Origin: Halodesulfurarchaeum sp.
GTDB lineage: Archaea > Halobacteriota > Halobacteria > Halobacteriales > Halobacteriaceae
NCBI GenBank assembly: GCA_042216015.1
Contig: JBDGUI010000007.1
Coordinates: forward strand, 33,652 to 97,651
Direction of reading: 5' to 3'
DNA length: 64,000 nucleotides
Shown in pieces: positions 20,136 through 29,889 of this stretch; position 1 is the stretch's first letter; every line of letters starts with the position of its first letter. The translations under genes were made by a program, and so were the position numbers. The notes under the pieces are model-generated. The model saw only the letters and a list, made by a program, of their open reading frames with translations, was not told the origin of the DNA and did no database searches.

Positions 20136-20207
20136 TCGAAAGCTGACGCTTCTCCGGACCAGCCCGTGTGATCAGTTCGTGGCAGGTGGCTCCTCTCCCA
20201 CATCTGA

Positions 20208-21164
20208 TCAGGAAGCACTCTCCGAATCGGAACCTTTCACCGAATCGGACGGGGGATCCTCCTCGGGGTCTGAATTGGACTCGGGGGGTGTCTCCGATCC
20301 GGAGGCCCCCTCGGAATCGGACTCGGGCTCCTGATAGAGTGTGCCCGAATCCTGCCCGTCGCCGAGTCCGCGATCCTGAATCCACAGGTCCCCGAAGAGG
20401 TCGTCCTGCTCGAGGTACACCTCGCCGCGGTGGGAGAGAAAGAGCAGGGCGAGGAAGGTCTCGATCCGGGACCCGGCGGCTACAGATATTTCGGCATAGA
20501 GCACCTCGGACCGGCCACGATCGTACCGCTTCGCGAGCGCTTCGGCGACGGCCTCGATGAGTTCGTCGATGTCTTCGTCGTGGGCCGTGCCGGTGACGGC
20601 CGATTCGTCCGGCTCACCCTCCGATCGGGTCTCGTCGCCCGACCGATAATCGAGGGTCTGCACCCCGCGGAGAAAGCCGTGGGGCGAGTGCTCCGTGTCA
20701 TAGCTCCGTCCGGTCTTCCACCACGAGCCCCGCTCGGCCTCGCGGAGTTCGCGGACGAGTTCGTCGAGGGTCTCAGGAGTGCCGCGGGCCGAGCGGCGCT
20801 CGAGCCGGCGGTCCATCTCCGCCTCGAGTTCGTCGATCGGATCGCCCACGCCCGGGGTCGGACCGTCGAACCTGGTCGGCTCCTCGAAGGGATCGATCCG
20901 CTCCGGCTCATCGGGCTCGTGGTCGAGATCCTCGGCAAACAGCTCGTCGCTCTTCATCCGCAACAGGACGCTGGCGTAGAACAGCGCCCGCCCCGAGGAG
21001 CGGATCTCGCCGTCGTCGAGGGCCGACAGGAACGCGTCCGTGACCCGGATGATGTCGATGTCCCAGGGGTCGATCTCGCCACGTTCGGCGAGCCCGACGA
21101 GCACCTCGACCGGTTCGACCGGCTCTTCGTCCTCGGGGATGTCAACCGATGCGACCTCAGTCAT
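20208..21164 (-). CDS. scpA: Segregation and condensation protein A (kleisin)
   Basis: IDPWDIDI...LLRMKS N-terminus; FLALLFL...LEQDDLFGDL C-terminus; overlaps the smc end. Confidence 0.9.
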   Translation of the reverse strand: MTEVASVDIPEDEEPVEPVEVLVGLAERGEIDPWDIDIIRVTDAFLSALDDGEIRSSGRALFYASVLLRMKSDELFAEDLDHEPDEPERIDPFEEPTRFDGPTPGVGDPIDELEAEMDRRLERRSARGTPETLDELVRELREAERGSWWKTGRSYDTEHSPHGFLRGVQTLDYRSGDETRSEGEPDESAVTGTAHDEDIDELIEAVAEALAKRYDRGRSEVLYAEISVAAGSRIETFLALLFLSHRGEVYLEQDDLFGDLWIQDRGLGDGQDSGTLYQEPESDSEGASGSETPPESNSDPEEDPPSDSVKGSDSESAS

Positions 21165-24100
21165 CCGCGACCGCCTCCCGACCGGCGAGGTCGATGCCCG
21201 TGACCGCCGAGATGTTGTCCTCCTGCATCGTCACGCCGATGGCGCGTTCGGAGCGCTCGAGCATGGCCGATCGGTGGGAGACGACGACGAACTGGGCCTC
21301 GCTTGCCAGTTCGTCGACCATCTCGCCCACCCGCTCGGCGTTTGCGGCGTCGAGGAACGCGTCGATCTCGTCGAGTGCGTAAAACGGGGCCGGGTTGTAT
21401 CGCTGGATCGCGAAGATGAACGCGAGGGCGGTCAATGACTTCTCGCCGCCCGACATGGCGTCGAGTCGCTGCACGGGCTTGTCCCCGGGCTGGGCTCGCA
21501 TCGTCATGCCCCCCTCGAAGGGCTCCTCCGGATTCTCGAGTGAGAGTTCGCCGGTCCCATCCGAGAGTCGCTCGAAGATGTCCTGGAACTGCTCGTTGAT
21601 CGCCTCGTAGGCGTCCATGAAGTTCTCCCGCTTGAGCCGGTCGTAGCGGTCGATCCGGTCCTCGATGGCCGCTCGCTCCTCGCTCAGTTCGTCCCGCTTC
21701 TCCGTGAGCCGATCGAGGACCGTCTCGACCTTCTCGTAGTCCTCGATGGCCTTCATGTTGACCGGCTCGAGCCGGCTCATCTGGCGTTCGAGGCGTCTGA
21801 CGTTCTTCTCGACGGTGTCCAGATCCGGAATGTCCCCGGGTTCGGTCTCCTCGACGGACTCCTCGAGTTCGGTGATCTCGGCCTCCAGTCGACCGGCCGA
21901 CTGTTCGAGACTCCGGATGCGGTTCTGCAGGCTGTCGACCTCGTTTTTCGTCTCGTCCCGTGTCTTCCGGGCCTCGGCCAGTTCCTCCCGCAGTTCCTCG
22001 CGTTCGGCCTTGAGATTGGCCAGCTCGTCCTCGAGTTCCTCGATCGCGGCCTTCTTTTCCTCGAGTCGCTCCTCGCGGTCCTCGATCTCCGCCTTCAGCT
22101 CGTCGATTCGCTCCTCCTGTTCGGCCTTGGTGTTCTGGGCGGCCTCGACGTCCTCGTGAAGGTCCTCGATCGCCGACTCGGCGTACTCTTTTTCCAGTTC
22201 GAGGCTGTTGAGCTCCCCGTCGATCTCGTCGATCCGGTCCTCGATCTCGGCCACGTCGGCCTGGAGGGATTCCTTTCGGTCGGTGAGTTCGGGGATCTTC
22301 GAGTCCGCGAGTTCGGCCTCCAGGTCCTCGATCTCCGCCCGCTTTGTCTCGATCTCGGAGGTCGTCTCCTCGATCTGCTCGTCGAGTTCGGCCATCTCCT
22401 CGTTGACCGCCTCGCGCTCCTCTTCGAGGTCCTCGATCCGCTGTGTGAGCGAGTCGATCTCCTCCCGTGTGTCTTCCAGTTCCCGCTCGGCGCGACCGCT
22501 TTCGGCCTCGATCTCCCGAACCCCATCGAGGGCGTCGGCCCGCTTCTCCCGGGCCCGCTCGATCTGCTCCTCGAGGTCGTCGATGTCGCCGGCGATTGCA
22601 GCTCGCTCGTCCTCGAGTTCCTCGATCCGCTCGGCGACCCGCTTGAGCTGTCCCTCGCCCGTCGCCTCGAAGGAGTAGCGCGATCCGGAGCCGCTGCCGC
22701 CGGTCATCGCGCCGCTCTTCTCGACGAGGTCGCCCTCGAGGGTCACGAGTCGGTACTCCCCCATGAACTCCCGGGCGGTGCCCATGTCTTCGACGACGAG
22801 CGTGTCTCCCAGAACGTAGGAGAAGACCGGGGCGTATTCCCTGGCGAAGTCCACGAGGTTGTACGCGAAGTCGATTACCCCCGGATGGTCGGGCGGGTCG
22901 GGCAGATACCGGTCGTCCATCTTCGTGATCGGGAGGAATGTCGCCCGACCGGCGTTCCGGGACTTGAGGTACTCGATACAGCGCTCGCCGACCTCGTCAT
23001 CGGCAACGACGACGTGGGCCATTCGCCCCCCGGCGGCGGTCTCACAAGCCGTGGCGTACTCCCGATCGACGCTGCCGAGTTCCGCGATTGCCCCGTGGAC
23101 CCCGTCCATGTCGGCATTGAGGATCGTCGTCACCGAGCGGCCAAAGGAGCTGTCGCCGTTCTCGTCGGCTCGGGCCTCGAGGGTGGCGTACTCCTTCCGT
23201 GCATCCTCGAGGTCCGATTCGATCGATTCGAGGTCCGACTGTCGCTCTGCCTTCTCCGCCTTGAGGTCCTCGATGACGTCCTCGATCTGTGCCTTGTTCT
23301 CGCGGGACTTCTCGAGTTCGCGTTCGAGGTCTCTGATTCTTTCCTCGAGTTCCTCGGCCCGCTCCCGGGCGTCCTCGAGGTCCGATTTGGCGGTTTCGAG
23401 CTCCGTCGAACGCCGACGTGCCTCGTCCAGGTGGCGGTCCTTCTCGCGCTGGAGTTCGTTTCGCTCCGCCTTCTTCTCCTCGAGTTCGGTCTTTACGGCC
23501 TCGAGGTCGGCCTTCAGGTCGTCGAAGGCCGTGTCGACCGCCTCCATTTCGGCCTCCACCTCCTCGATCTCGCCCTCGAGGGTCTGCTTCTCCCCGGCGA
23601 GGGAGGCCTTCTCGACCTTCAGCTCCCGAATATCGCCCTCGAGTTCGTCGATTTCCTCCTGCTTGCGGTCGATCTTGACGAAGGCCTGTCGGCGCGTCTC
23701 GGTCGCTTCCTGGATACGCTCCTCTGCCCCCTCGATGCGATCCTCGAGTCCGGAGATCTCCCCCTTGAGCTCCTCCATCTCGCCCTTCAGTCGGAGTTGC
23801 TCGTCTTCGCCTTTCCGCTCGATTTCGGCGTCGAGGTCCGCGAGATCCTCCGTGAGCCGGGTGACCGTCTCCTCCCGCTCGGCGAGTTCGGCCTGCAGGT
23901 CCGCGAGTTCGTCCTCGCGGGCCTCGATGTCAGCCCGCGTGTCTGCGAGTTCCTGTCGTCGCTCGTCGAGTTCGGCGAGGTCCCGATAAGCCTCGTATTC
24001 CTGTTTCTCCTCGCGGAGTCCCTGATACTCGAGGGCCGTCTCGCGCTCGTCCTCGAGCTGATCGAGTCGCTCCCGCTTCTCCTCGATCCGGAGTTCGGCC

Positions 24101-24729
24101 TCGCCGATCTTCTCGCGGACCGCCTCGAGTTCCGTCTCGGCGTCCGCCTTCTTCCGATCGAACTCCGCGACGCCGGCGATCTCGTCGATGAGCTCCCGGC
24201 GCTCGTGGGGGGTCATCTGGATGATGCCGGTTACGTCGCCCTGCATGACGACGTTGTACCCCTCTGGGGTGACTCCCGCACTCGAGAGGAGATCCTGGAT
24301 GTCAGAGAGGTTGACCGATCGGCCGTTGAGGTAATAATAGGAGTAGTAGTTGTCCTCGGTCTGCTTGATCCGGCGCTTCACCCGGATCTGGTCGACCTCC
24401 TCGACCGTCTCGGTCCCGAGCGCGGCGGCGAGTTGGGAACTCGTGATCGTTCGATCCTCGTTTGCCAGGGTCACCTCGACGTGAGCCTCCCGTGCTCCCT
24501 GGTGGTCGCGGTCTTCCTCGTGGGCCGGGTTGTAGATGAGGTCGGGGAGTTTCTGGGCCCGCATACCCCTGGTCCGGGCCAGTCCCAGCGCGAACAGGAT
24601 CGCGTCGATGATGTTCGACTTTCCCGAGCCGTTCGGTCCGCTAATCGTGGTGAAGTCCTCGTAAAACGGGATCCTGGTGGTTCGTCCGAAGCTCTTGAAG
24701 TTCTCCAGGACGATCTGGTCTATGTGCAT
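21157..24729 (-). CDS. smc: Chromosome segregation protein SMC
   Basis: GPNGSGKSN Walker A, hinge GRATFLP, MSGGEKS signature, LDEIDAFLD. Confidence 0.98.
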   Translation of the reverse strand: MHIDQIVLENFKSFGRTTRIPFYEDFTTISGPNGSGKSNIIDAILFALGLARTRGMRAQKLPDLIYNPAHEEDRDHQGAREAHVEVTLANEDRTITSSQLAAALGTETVEEVDQIRVKRRIKQTEDNYYSYYYLNGRSVNLSDIQDLLSSAGVTPEGYNVVMQGDVTGIIQMTPHERRELIDEIAGVAEFDRKKADAETELEAVREKIGEAELRIEEKRERLDQLEDERETALEYQGLREEKQEYEAYRDLAELDERRQELADTRADIEAREDELADLQAELAEREETVTRLTEDLADLDAEIERKGEDEQLRLKGEMEELKGEISGLEDRIEGAEERIQEATETRRQAFVKIDRKQEEIDELEGDIRELKVEKASLAGEKQTLEGEIEEVEAEMEAVDTAFDDLKADLEAVKTELEEKKAERNELQREKDRHLDEARRRSTELETAKSDLEDARERAEELEERIRDLERELEKSRENKAQIEDVIEDLKAEKAERQSDLESIESDLEDARKEYATLEARADENGDSSFGRSVTTILNADMDGVHGAIAELGSVDREYATACETAAGGRMAHVVVADDEVGERCIEYLKSRNAGRATFLPITKMDDRYLPDPPDHPGVIDFAYNLVDFAREYAPVFSYVLGDTLVVEDMGTAREFMGEYRLVTLEGDLVEKSGAMTGGSGSGSRYSFEATGEGQLKRVAERIEELEDERAAIAGDIDDLEEQIERAREKRADALDGVREIEAESGRAERELEDTREEIDSLTQRIEDLEEEREAVNEEMAELDEQIEETTSEIETKRAEIEDLEAELADSKIPELTDRKESLQADVAEIEDRIDEIDGELNSLELEKEYAESAIEDLHEDVEAAQNTKAEQEERIDELKAEIEDREERLEEKKAAIEELEDELANLKAEREELREELAEARKTRDETKNEVDSLQNRIRSLEQSAGRLEAEITELEESVEETEPGDIPDLDTVEKNVRRLERQMSRLEPVNMKAIEDYEKVETVLDRLTEKRDELSEERAAIEDRIDRYDRLKRENFMDAYEAINEQFQDIFERLSDGTGELSLENPEEPFEGGMTMRAQPGDKPVQRLDAMSGGEKSLTALAFIFAIQRYNPAPFYALDEIDAFLDAANAERVGEMVDELASEAQFVVVSHRSAMLERSERAIGVTMQEDNISAVTGIDLAGREAVADD

Positions 24730-24744
24730 CTGGTGTGGCGTGAG

Positions 24745-25032
24745 TTAGCCGACGAGGATGTCGTCCCCGATGGTCTCGACGTCCTCGAGACCACTCTCTG
24801 CCGATTCCGCGGAGCCTTGCTGCCCCGACTCGGATCCGCCCTCGGCCGCTGCGAACAGTTCCTCCACGGTCTTCGACTCGGTCCCCTCTTCGCCTGCAGC
24901 GTCCGCTCCGTCGAGCTGGGATTCCAGTTCTCGAACCCGCTCCTGCAGGTCGAGCAGTTCGGCCGTCAGGCCGTCGACGGTGGCAGCGAGTTCGTCCACG
25001 CGGGCTGCGGCGGGGTCGTCGCCGTCAGTCAT
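24745..25032 (-). CDS. Small acidic coiled-coil protein upstream of smc
   Basis: Heptad segment VDELAATVDGLTAELLDLQERVRELE, ends DDILVG; 15 nt before smc. Confidence 0.75.
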   Translation of the reverse strand: MTDGDDPAAARVDELAATVDGLTAELLDLQERVRELESQLDGADAAGEEGTESKTVEELFAAAEGGSESGQQGSAESAESGLEDVETIGDDILVG

Positions 25033-25144
25033 GGATAGACGAACCACCGTGAAGGCCTTAAACCGTGTGGCAGACGCGTGTCAGACATCTGCCTCAGCCG
25101 CCCCTTCGTCAGGCCTATAGCCCTCGGCGCGGAACCGATTGCCA

Positions 25145-26635
25145 ATGTCATCGGTCTCCTCGCGGACGAACCTCGCTCCCGTCATCGGCCTCGAGGTCCA
25201 CGTCCAACTCGAGACGGACACGAAGATCTTCTGTGGGTGCTCGACCGACGTCGAAGACGCCGAGCCGAATACCAACACCTGTCCTGTCTGTCTCGGGCTA
25301 CCCGGCTCCCTGCCCGTGCTCAACGAGGTGGCTGTCGAGTCCGCAGTGAAACTTGGCAAGGCAATCGAGGCCGAGATCCCGGAACGCACCCGCTTTCACC
25401 GGAAGAATTACTTCTATCCGGACCTCCCGAAGGGCTTTCAGATCACCCAGTACGACGCCCCAATCTGTGCCGAGGGCCACCTGGAGATTTCCCACGAGGG
25501 CGAGCGTCGCGACATCGGCATCGAGCGGGCCCACCTCGAGGAAGACCCGGGAAGCCTCCAGCACGAGGGGGGCCACATCGACACCGCGGAGTACACCCTC
25601 GTCGACTACAACCGCGCCGGCGTGCCGCTGATGGAGATCGTCACGAGACCGGACTTCCGCGGTCCCGGCGAGGTCAGGGCCTTCCTCTCCAAACTGGAGG
25701 AGGTCCTCGAGTATCTGGGCATCTACGACAGCCAGCGGGACGGCAGCCTCCGCATCGACGCGAACATCTCCCTCGTCGACGAGTCGGAGATCGCGGTCGA
25801 CGGCTCGATCTCCGGAGCGGTCCTCGCCGACGCCAATCGGACGGAAGTCAAGAACATCTCCAGCCACAGGGGGGCCGAAACCGCCCTCGCCTACGAGATC
25901 ACCCGCCAGCGCAACGCGATCGAGCGCGGCCGCGAGGTCACCCAGGAGACCCGTCACTGGGACGAATCCCGCGGCATCACGGTCTCGATGCGGGAGAAGG
26001 AGGCGGAAAAGGAGTACCGCTACTTCCGCGAGGCCGATATCCCGCCCCTCGAGGTCGCTCACTGGAAGGAGGAGATCCCGATCCCGGAACTGCCGGACGC
26101 CAGACGCGAACGGTTCCAGGACGAGTACGGACTCGGCGGGGAGGCCGCCTCGAAGCTCACCTCCACGAAGCAGATCGCGGACTTCTTCGAGGCTGTCGCC
26201 GACCGCTTCGACGCGGACCTCGCGGCGACCTGGGTCTCGGACACCCTCCTCGGCGAACTCAACTACCGCGACATGGCGATCACCGACGTGGAGGACCGCT
26301 TCGACGAGATCACCCGGTTGATCGAACTCGTCGCGAGCGAGGAGATCACCGAGCGCAACGCGAGGGAGGTCGTCCTCCGATCGATGCTCGACGACGGCGA
26401 CGCCCCGGACGAGATCGTCGAAAGCGAGGGGCTCGGCAAGACGGAGGCGGACGAGGTGGTCGCTGCGGTCCAGGCGGCAATCGAGGCGAACCCCGAGGCC
26501 GTCGAGGACGTCAAAGCCGGTGAGGACGGGGCGATCAACTTCCTCGTGGGACAGGTCATGCAGGAGACGGGCGGTCGGGCCGATCCAGGCGACGTGAACC
26601 AGCTGTTGCGTGAGCGATTGCCCGAAGCGGAGTGA
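25145..26635 (+). CDS. gatB: Asp/Glu-tRNA amidotransferase subunit B
   Basis: IGLEVHVQL, RKNYFYPDLPKGFQITQ, HLEEDPG, YRYFRE, NFLVGQVM. Confidence 0.97.
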   Translation: MSSVSSRTNLAPVIGLEVHVQLETDTKIFCGCSTDVEDAEPNTNTCPVCLGLPGSLPVLNEVAVESAVKLGKAIEAEIPERTRFHRKNYFYPDLPKGFQITQYDAPICAEGHLEISHEGERRDIGIERAHLEEDPGSLQHEGGHIDTAEYTLVDYNRAGVPLMEIVTRPDFRGPGEVRAFLSKLEEVLEYLGIYDSQRDGSLRIDANISLVDESEIAVDGSISGAVLADANRTEVKNISSHRGAETALAYEITRQRNAIERGREVTQETRHWDESRGITVSMREKEAEKEYRYFREADIPPLEVAHWKEEIPIPELPDARRERFQDEYGLGGEAASKLTSTKQIADFFEAVADRFDADLAATWVSDTLLGELNYRDMAITDVEDRFDEITRLIELVASEEITERNAREVVLRSMLDDGDAPDEIVESEGLGKTEADEVVAAVQAAIEANPEAVEDVKAGEDGAINFLVGQVMQETGGRADPGDVNQLLRERLPEAE

Positions 26636-26776
26636 GTTTCGGTTCGGTATCGTCGACAGCGCCAGTCGGCGTTTTCGGGGAGCGTGGGTGGGTCGAAATA
26701 TGGTGGTAGATCGTATCAGTCAGAGTTGTTGACTCTGTTTGAATTTGGCAAGGTAATTGATATTGAATTAACTTCA

Positions 26777-26805
26777 GTGCTGACTATAGAGCATGTATTC
26801 AGCAA
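26777..26805. repeat. 29-bp palindromic site 1
   Basis: GTGCTGACTAT-AGAGCAT-GTATTCAGCAA (11-7-11). Confidence 0.7.
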
Positions 26806-26884
26806 GCGCCCCACGTTCGTTTCAGCTTAAATGAAAGCGCTGTCAGGTAGATGTACGTCTATTGCCAGGAACGCTGTCAGAAGC

Positions 26885-26911
26885 GTGCTGTATACAGCGC
26901 GTATTCAACAC
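26885..26911. repeat. 27-bp palindromic site 2
   Basis: GTGCTGTATAC-AGCGC-GTATTCAACAC (11-5-11); each arm has 1 mismatch to GTGCTGAATAC. Confidence 0.65.
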
Positions 26912-27003
26912 GATAGTCTCATATCGGACGGCTGCCGGCGCCAATCGAATGCGTAGCGGATTTTCGAGAACGAATCGTCTCGAATATAAGCGCCCCTGGT
27001 TGT

Positions 27004-27780
27004 TTATTTTCGGCGACGACGGATGACTAGGAGCGTGGTGGCTGTAAGCACTGCGACGACAGCAACACCGATACCGAATCCTGGCGCGCCGGCGCCGCTC
27101 GTCTCATTACCCGCGTCAGTCACGGTTTCGCCCGCTGCGGGTGCAAACACCGTCTCGAACCCCTCGAACTGCGTCGTCGCACTCCACGTCGCGCTGTTCT
27201 GCTGCTGGCTGGTCGGCGTCGGGGTGGCCGTGTCCAGCGCGTAGCCGTCGGGGCCGACGACCCTGAACGGCCGATCAATGTCGAAGCCGCTGGCGAAGGG
27301 CTCCCGGAGCACGAGTCGGTTGCCCTTCTGGGCGGCGAGCCCGTCCCACGTCACCGACAGGCCGACGATGCCGGTGCCATTCTCGGTCGTAAATGTCATG
27401 GCGGGGTTTCGAATCGCCATATCGCGACCGGTGTCGTTTTCGGCCTGGGCTGCGATGGCCCGCATCCGTGTAGCGAACCGGTCCGTTCGCTGTTCTCGGG
27501 CGGTCTCGTTCGCGCGGAGCGCCTCGAACGCGATGCGTTCGCTTTCGGTGGTCAGATCGAAGGTCGTGACCAGCGTCACGCGAGCCGAGCCATCAGCGTC
27601 GAGTGCGACGACGAACGCTGGCTCCGCGGACAGCGACGGTGTCGAATTGGTGGATTGTGCTGTCGTTGCCGTTGCAGCCACAGGCACCATTACGAGCAGG
27701 ACGAGGGCAACGAGTACGCAGCCGAGACGGACGCCCTCCACATCCGCAAGCCGTGTGGTCGAGTCAGTACGGTCAGTCAT
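27004..27780 (-). CDS. Cell-surface protein with PGF-CTERM sorting signal
   Basis: N-terminal hydrophobic signal; C-terminal APGFG + TM + RRRRK; ectodomain similar to that of 29890..31005. Confidence 0.85.
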   Translation of the reverse strand: MTDRTDSTTRLADVEGVRLGCVLVALVLLVMVPVAATATTAQSTNSTPSLSAEPAFVVALDADGSARVTLVTTFDLTTESERIAFEALRANETAREQRTDRFATRMRAIAAQAENDTGRDMAIRNPAMTFTTENGTGIVGLSVTWDGLAAQKGNRLVLREPFASGFDIDRPFRVVGPDGYALDTATPTPTSQQQNSATWSATTQFEGFETVFAPAAGETVTDAGNETSGAGAPGFGIGVAVVAVLTATTLLVIRRRRK

Positions 27781-27876
27781 GGATGAGTATCATAAGTGAA
27801 TGGGAAACGGTCATCGTTGAGTAAACTGGATGCCTGTGCAGTTGATAACCTGAAATCGCGCGAGCCAGGAGGTTAC

Positions 27877-29667
27877 CTAGCTTTCGTCGTCCTTATCAGT
27901 GTCTTCTTCGGGAGTCTCAGTTTCTTCCTCCTCGTCCTCGGCCTTGTCACCGTCGCCTTCATGCGCTTCCTCGGTCTTATCAGTGTCTTCTTCGGGAGTC
28001 TCAGTTTCTTCCTCCTCGTCCTCGGCCTTGTCACCGTCGCCTTCATGCGCTTCCTCGGTCTTATCAGTGTCTTCTTCGGGAGTCTCAGTTTCTTTCTCCT
28101 CGTCCTCGGCCTTGTCACCGTCGCCTTCATGCGCTTCCTCGGTCAAAGTGAGCGAGCCGTTCTGCACGGTGAATTCGAGCTCGGCCTCGAACGCGCCTTT
28201 GACGACCTCGAGATCGAGTTCCTCCGTCGTGTTCGTGTCGATCGTGAACGTGACCGTCCCGTCGAAGCCGGTGGTCCCGACCGCCTGCCCGTTCGCGTAG
28301 ACCGTCGCGTTCGCGACGCTCGAGCCATTATACGAGACGGCCACTGAGACGGTGTCGTCAGCCAACGAGGCATCCACGTTCAGCTGGCGGAAGACCTCGC
28401 TCTCCTCGTCTTCCTCCTCGAATTCAAATTCGAGCTCACCCTCGGCCTCACCCTTCTGGGCCGTAAGTTCCGCCTTGCCGCTCTCGGGGAGCGTCATCGT
28501 CACCGTTCCGTTAGCGTCGGTCGTCCCGACGGCCTGCTCGTTCAGGAAGACGGTGACGTTCTCGGCGGGTGCCCCGTTCGAGAGGACCTTCACCGTCACG
28601 GTCGCGTTCGGACCGGGCGTCCCCTCGGAGACGATGACCGCGAGTTCGCCCTCTTCCGCATCTTCGGCATCTTCTCCTTCTTCGCCCTCGTCCTCACGTT
28701 CCTCTTCGTCCTCCTCGTCCTCGGCGTCGCGGCGTTCGATCTCCTCTTCGAGCGAGAAGACCTCGCCCGAGGACCCGTCGACGCTGACCTCAGCCTCGCC
28801 GGTCTGGTTGTCCGCACCCCGGAGCACGAACGCGAACTCGTAGGCCCCCCCGTCCTGTTTGATTTTTGCCTCCGTGAGTGTCCAGGTGCCGTTCTCCGGT
28901 GTCGAGAGCGCTGCCCGCGCCGTGTCGAGGGCCACAGACTGGTTCACCGTGATATTTCGATTGTCGTCCCGCGGACGCTCGATCTCGCGGGACTGTTCAC
29001 CGTCTTCACTCTCGATTTCGATCGAGAGGCCCTCGGCGGTCTCGAGTTCTATCTCGTCCTCTGACTGGCCAGTGACCTGTTTGAGTAGAGCCGCAGGCCC
29101 AGCGCCGATGACGCTACTCAGGTTTTCGACGGACGCACGCAGCTCCGACTGGTTCACGCCGGCCGCCTGGAGTTCGAGTGCGGAGACGTTCTGGGCGCGC
29201 TTCTGGAGCTGTTCGTAGCTGTTTAGGAGGTTCGTCGCCCGCGCGTTTAGCGTGGCGAGTCGCTGGGCGTACTCGGACTTGCTGATCTCACCTTCTTCGT
29301 ACGCCTCGGTGGCCTCCTCGTAGTCCTCGCGGATGGCCTCAGCGCGGTCACGCAGCTCTTCCGCGCGGTCGGCGATGGCCTCGGCCTGTGCTTCCTCGCT
29401 CGCGCCCTCGACAGACACTTCGAAGGCCGTGTTCTCGAAGTCGGTCTGGACCTCGTCGCTTGAGACGCTGATGACCGTCGAGAGTTGCTGTCCGACGGTG
29501 ACGTTCACGCTCGAGTTATTCGTATTCTCCTGGGCGGTGGCGGCCACCGCCGCGCTCCCATCGGTGGCTGACACGCCATCGGTTGTCGACACTGCCGCTG
29601 CCGGGACAGTCACCCCCACGACGACCACTAGCGTGAGCAGTAGGTATCCGAGTGACTTTGCGTTCAT
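27877..29667 (-). CDS. Large secreted acidic protein (helical region, PepSY-like segment, two Ig-like beta repeats, acidic repeat tail)
   Basis: Signal peptide MNAKSLGY...PAAA; EVSVDGSSGEV PepSY-like; repeated NxTVxxNxQAVGTTxxxGTVT; ATG at 29667. Confidence 0.82.
   Translation of the reverse strand: MNAKSLGYLLLTLVVVVGVTVPAAAVSTTDGVSATDGSAAVAATAQENTNNSSVNVTVGQQLSTVISVSSDEVQTDFENTAFEVSVEGASEEAQAEAIADRAEELRDRAEAIREDYEEATEAYEEGEISKSEYAQRLATLNARATNLLNSYEQLQKRAQNVSALELQAAGVNQSELRASVENLSSVIGAGPAALLKQVTGQSEDEIELETAEGLSIEIESEDGEQSREIERPRDDNRNITVNQSVALDTARAALSTPENGTWTLTEAKIKQDGGAYEFAFVLRGADNQTGEAEVSVDGSSGEVFSLEEEIERRDAEDEEDEEEREDEGEEGEDAEDAEEGELAVIVSEGTPGPNATVTVKVLSNGAPAENVTVFLNEQAVGTTDANGTVTMTLPESGKAELTAQKGEAEGELEFEFEEEDEESEVFRQLNVDASLADDTVSVAVSYNGSSVANATVYANGQAVGTTGFDGTVTFTIDTNTTEELDLEVVKGAFEAELEFTVQNGSLTLTEEAHEGDGDKAEDEEKETETPEEDTDKTEEAHEGDGDKAEDEEEETETPEEDTDKTEEAHEGDGDKAEDEEEETETPEEDTDKDDES
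27892..28144. repeat. 84-bp tandem repeat, 3 copies, in frame (28 aa)
   Basis: Units start at 27892, 27976 and 28060; I see one substitution in the third copy. Confidence 0.95.
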
Positions 29668-29845
29668 CGTGAGATATCCGTATGCGGGATATGTTGATAA
29701 ACCGGCGTGATGTTTGGAGTGATTCGCGGACGTTTGCACTCATTTGCACCCGACGTGTCCGTTCAAACCGCCTTACTGCGAGGTGACATAGGCCCATCCG
29801 CAATCAAGTACACCACGGGTGGGTTGGCCCGCAACCCTTCCGATG

Positions 29846-29860
29846 AACAAACCTTTATAC
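29846..29860 (+). promoter_or_regulatory. Putative BRE/TATA promoter of the TM-HTH gene
   Basis: ACAAACCTTTATAC about 35 nt upstream of ATG 29890. Confidence 0.5.
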
Positions 29861-29889
29861 GTATTTCGTCGGAATCTGGAGCCAACTGA

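Noticed and set aside
20208..24729. smc-scpA without scpB as an anomaly or a Wadjet-type defence system
   Set aside because: Canonical hinge-containing SMC with ScpA; no JetD-like nuclease; lacking an adjacent scpB is ordinary in haloarchaea.
22156..25038. 960-aa plus-strand ORF, and other long antisense ORFs such as 15604..17466, 32663..34786, 42244..44064 and 49943..51955
   Set aside because: Shadow frames opposite clear genes (smc, ppsA, topA, nfi/SDR, dtdA); expected in high-GC DNA and lacking motifs.
26636..27003. tRNA/att site or IS remnant at the island's left end
   Set aside because: No cloverleaf, transposase fragment or target-site duplication that I could recognise.
27892..28144. 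84-bp repeat as a CRISPR array
   Set aside because: Head-to-tail copies without unique spacers, in frame inside a CDS, and no cas genes.
27796..28347. Hydrophobic repeat ORF that resembles a membrane protein
   Set aside because: Antisense reading of the acidic 84-bp repeat; Glu/Asp codons read as Phe/Leu/Val on the other strand.
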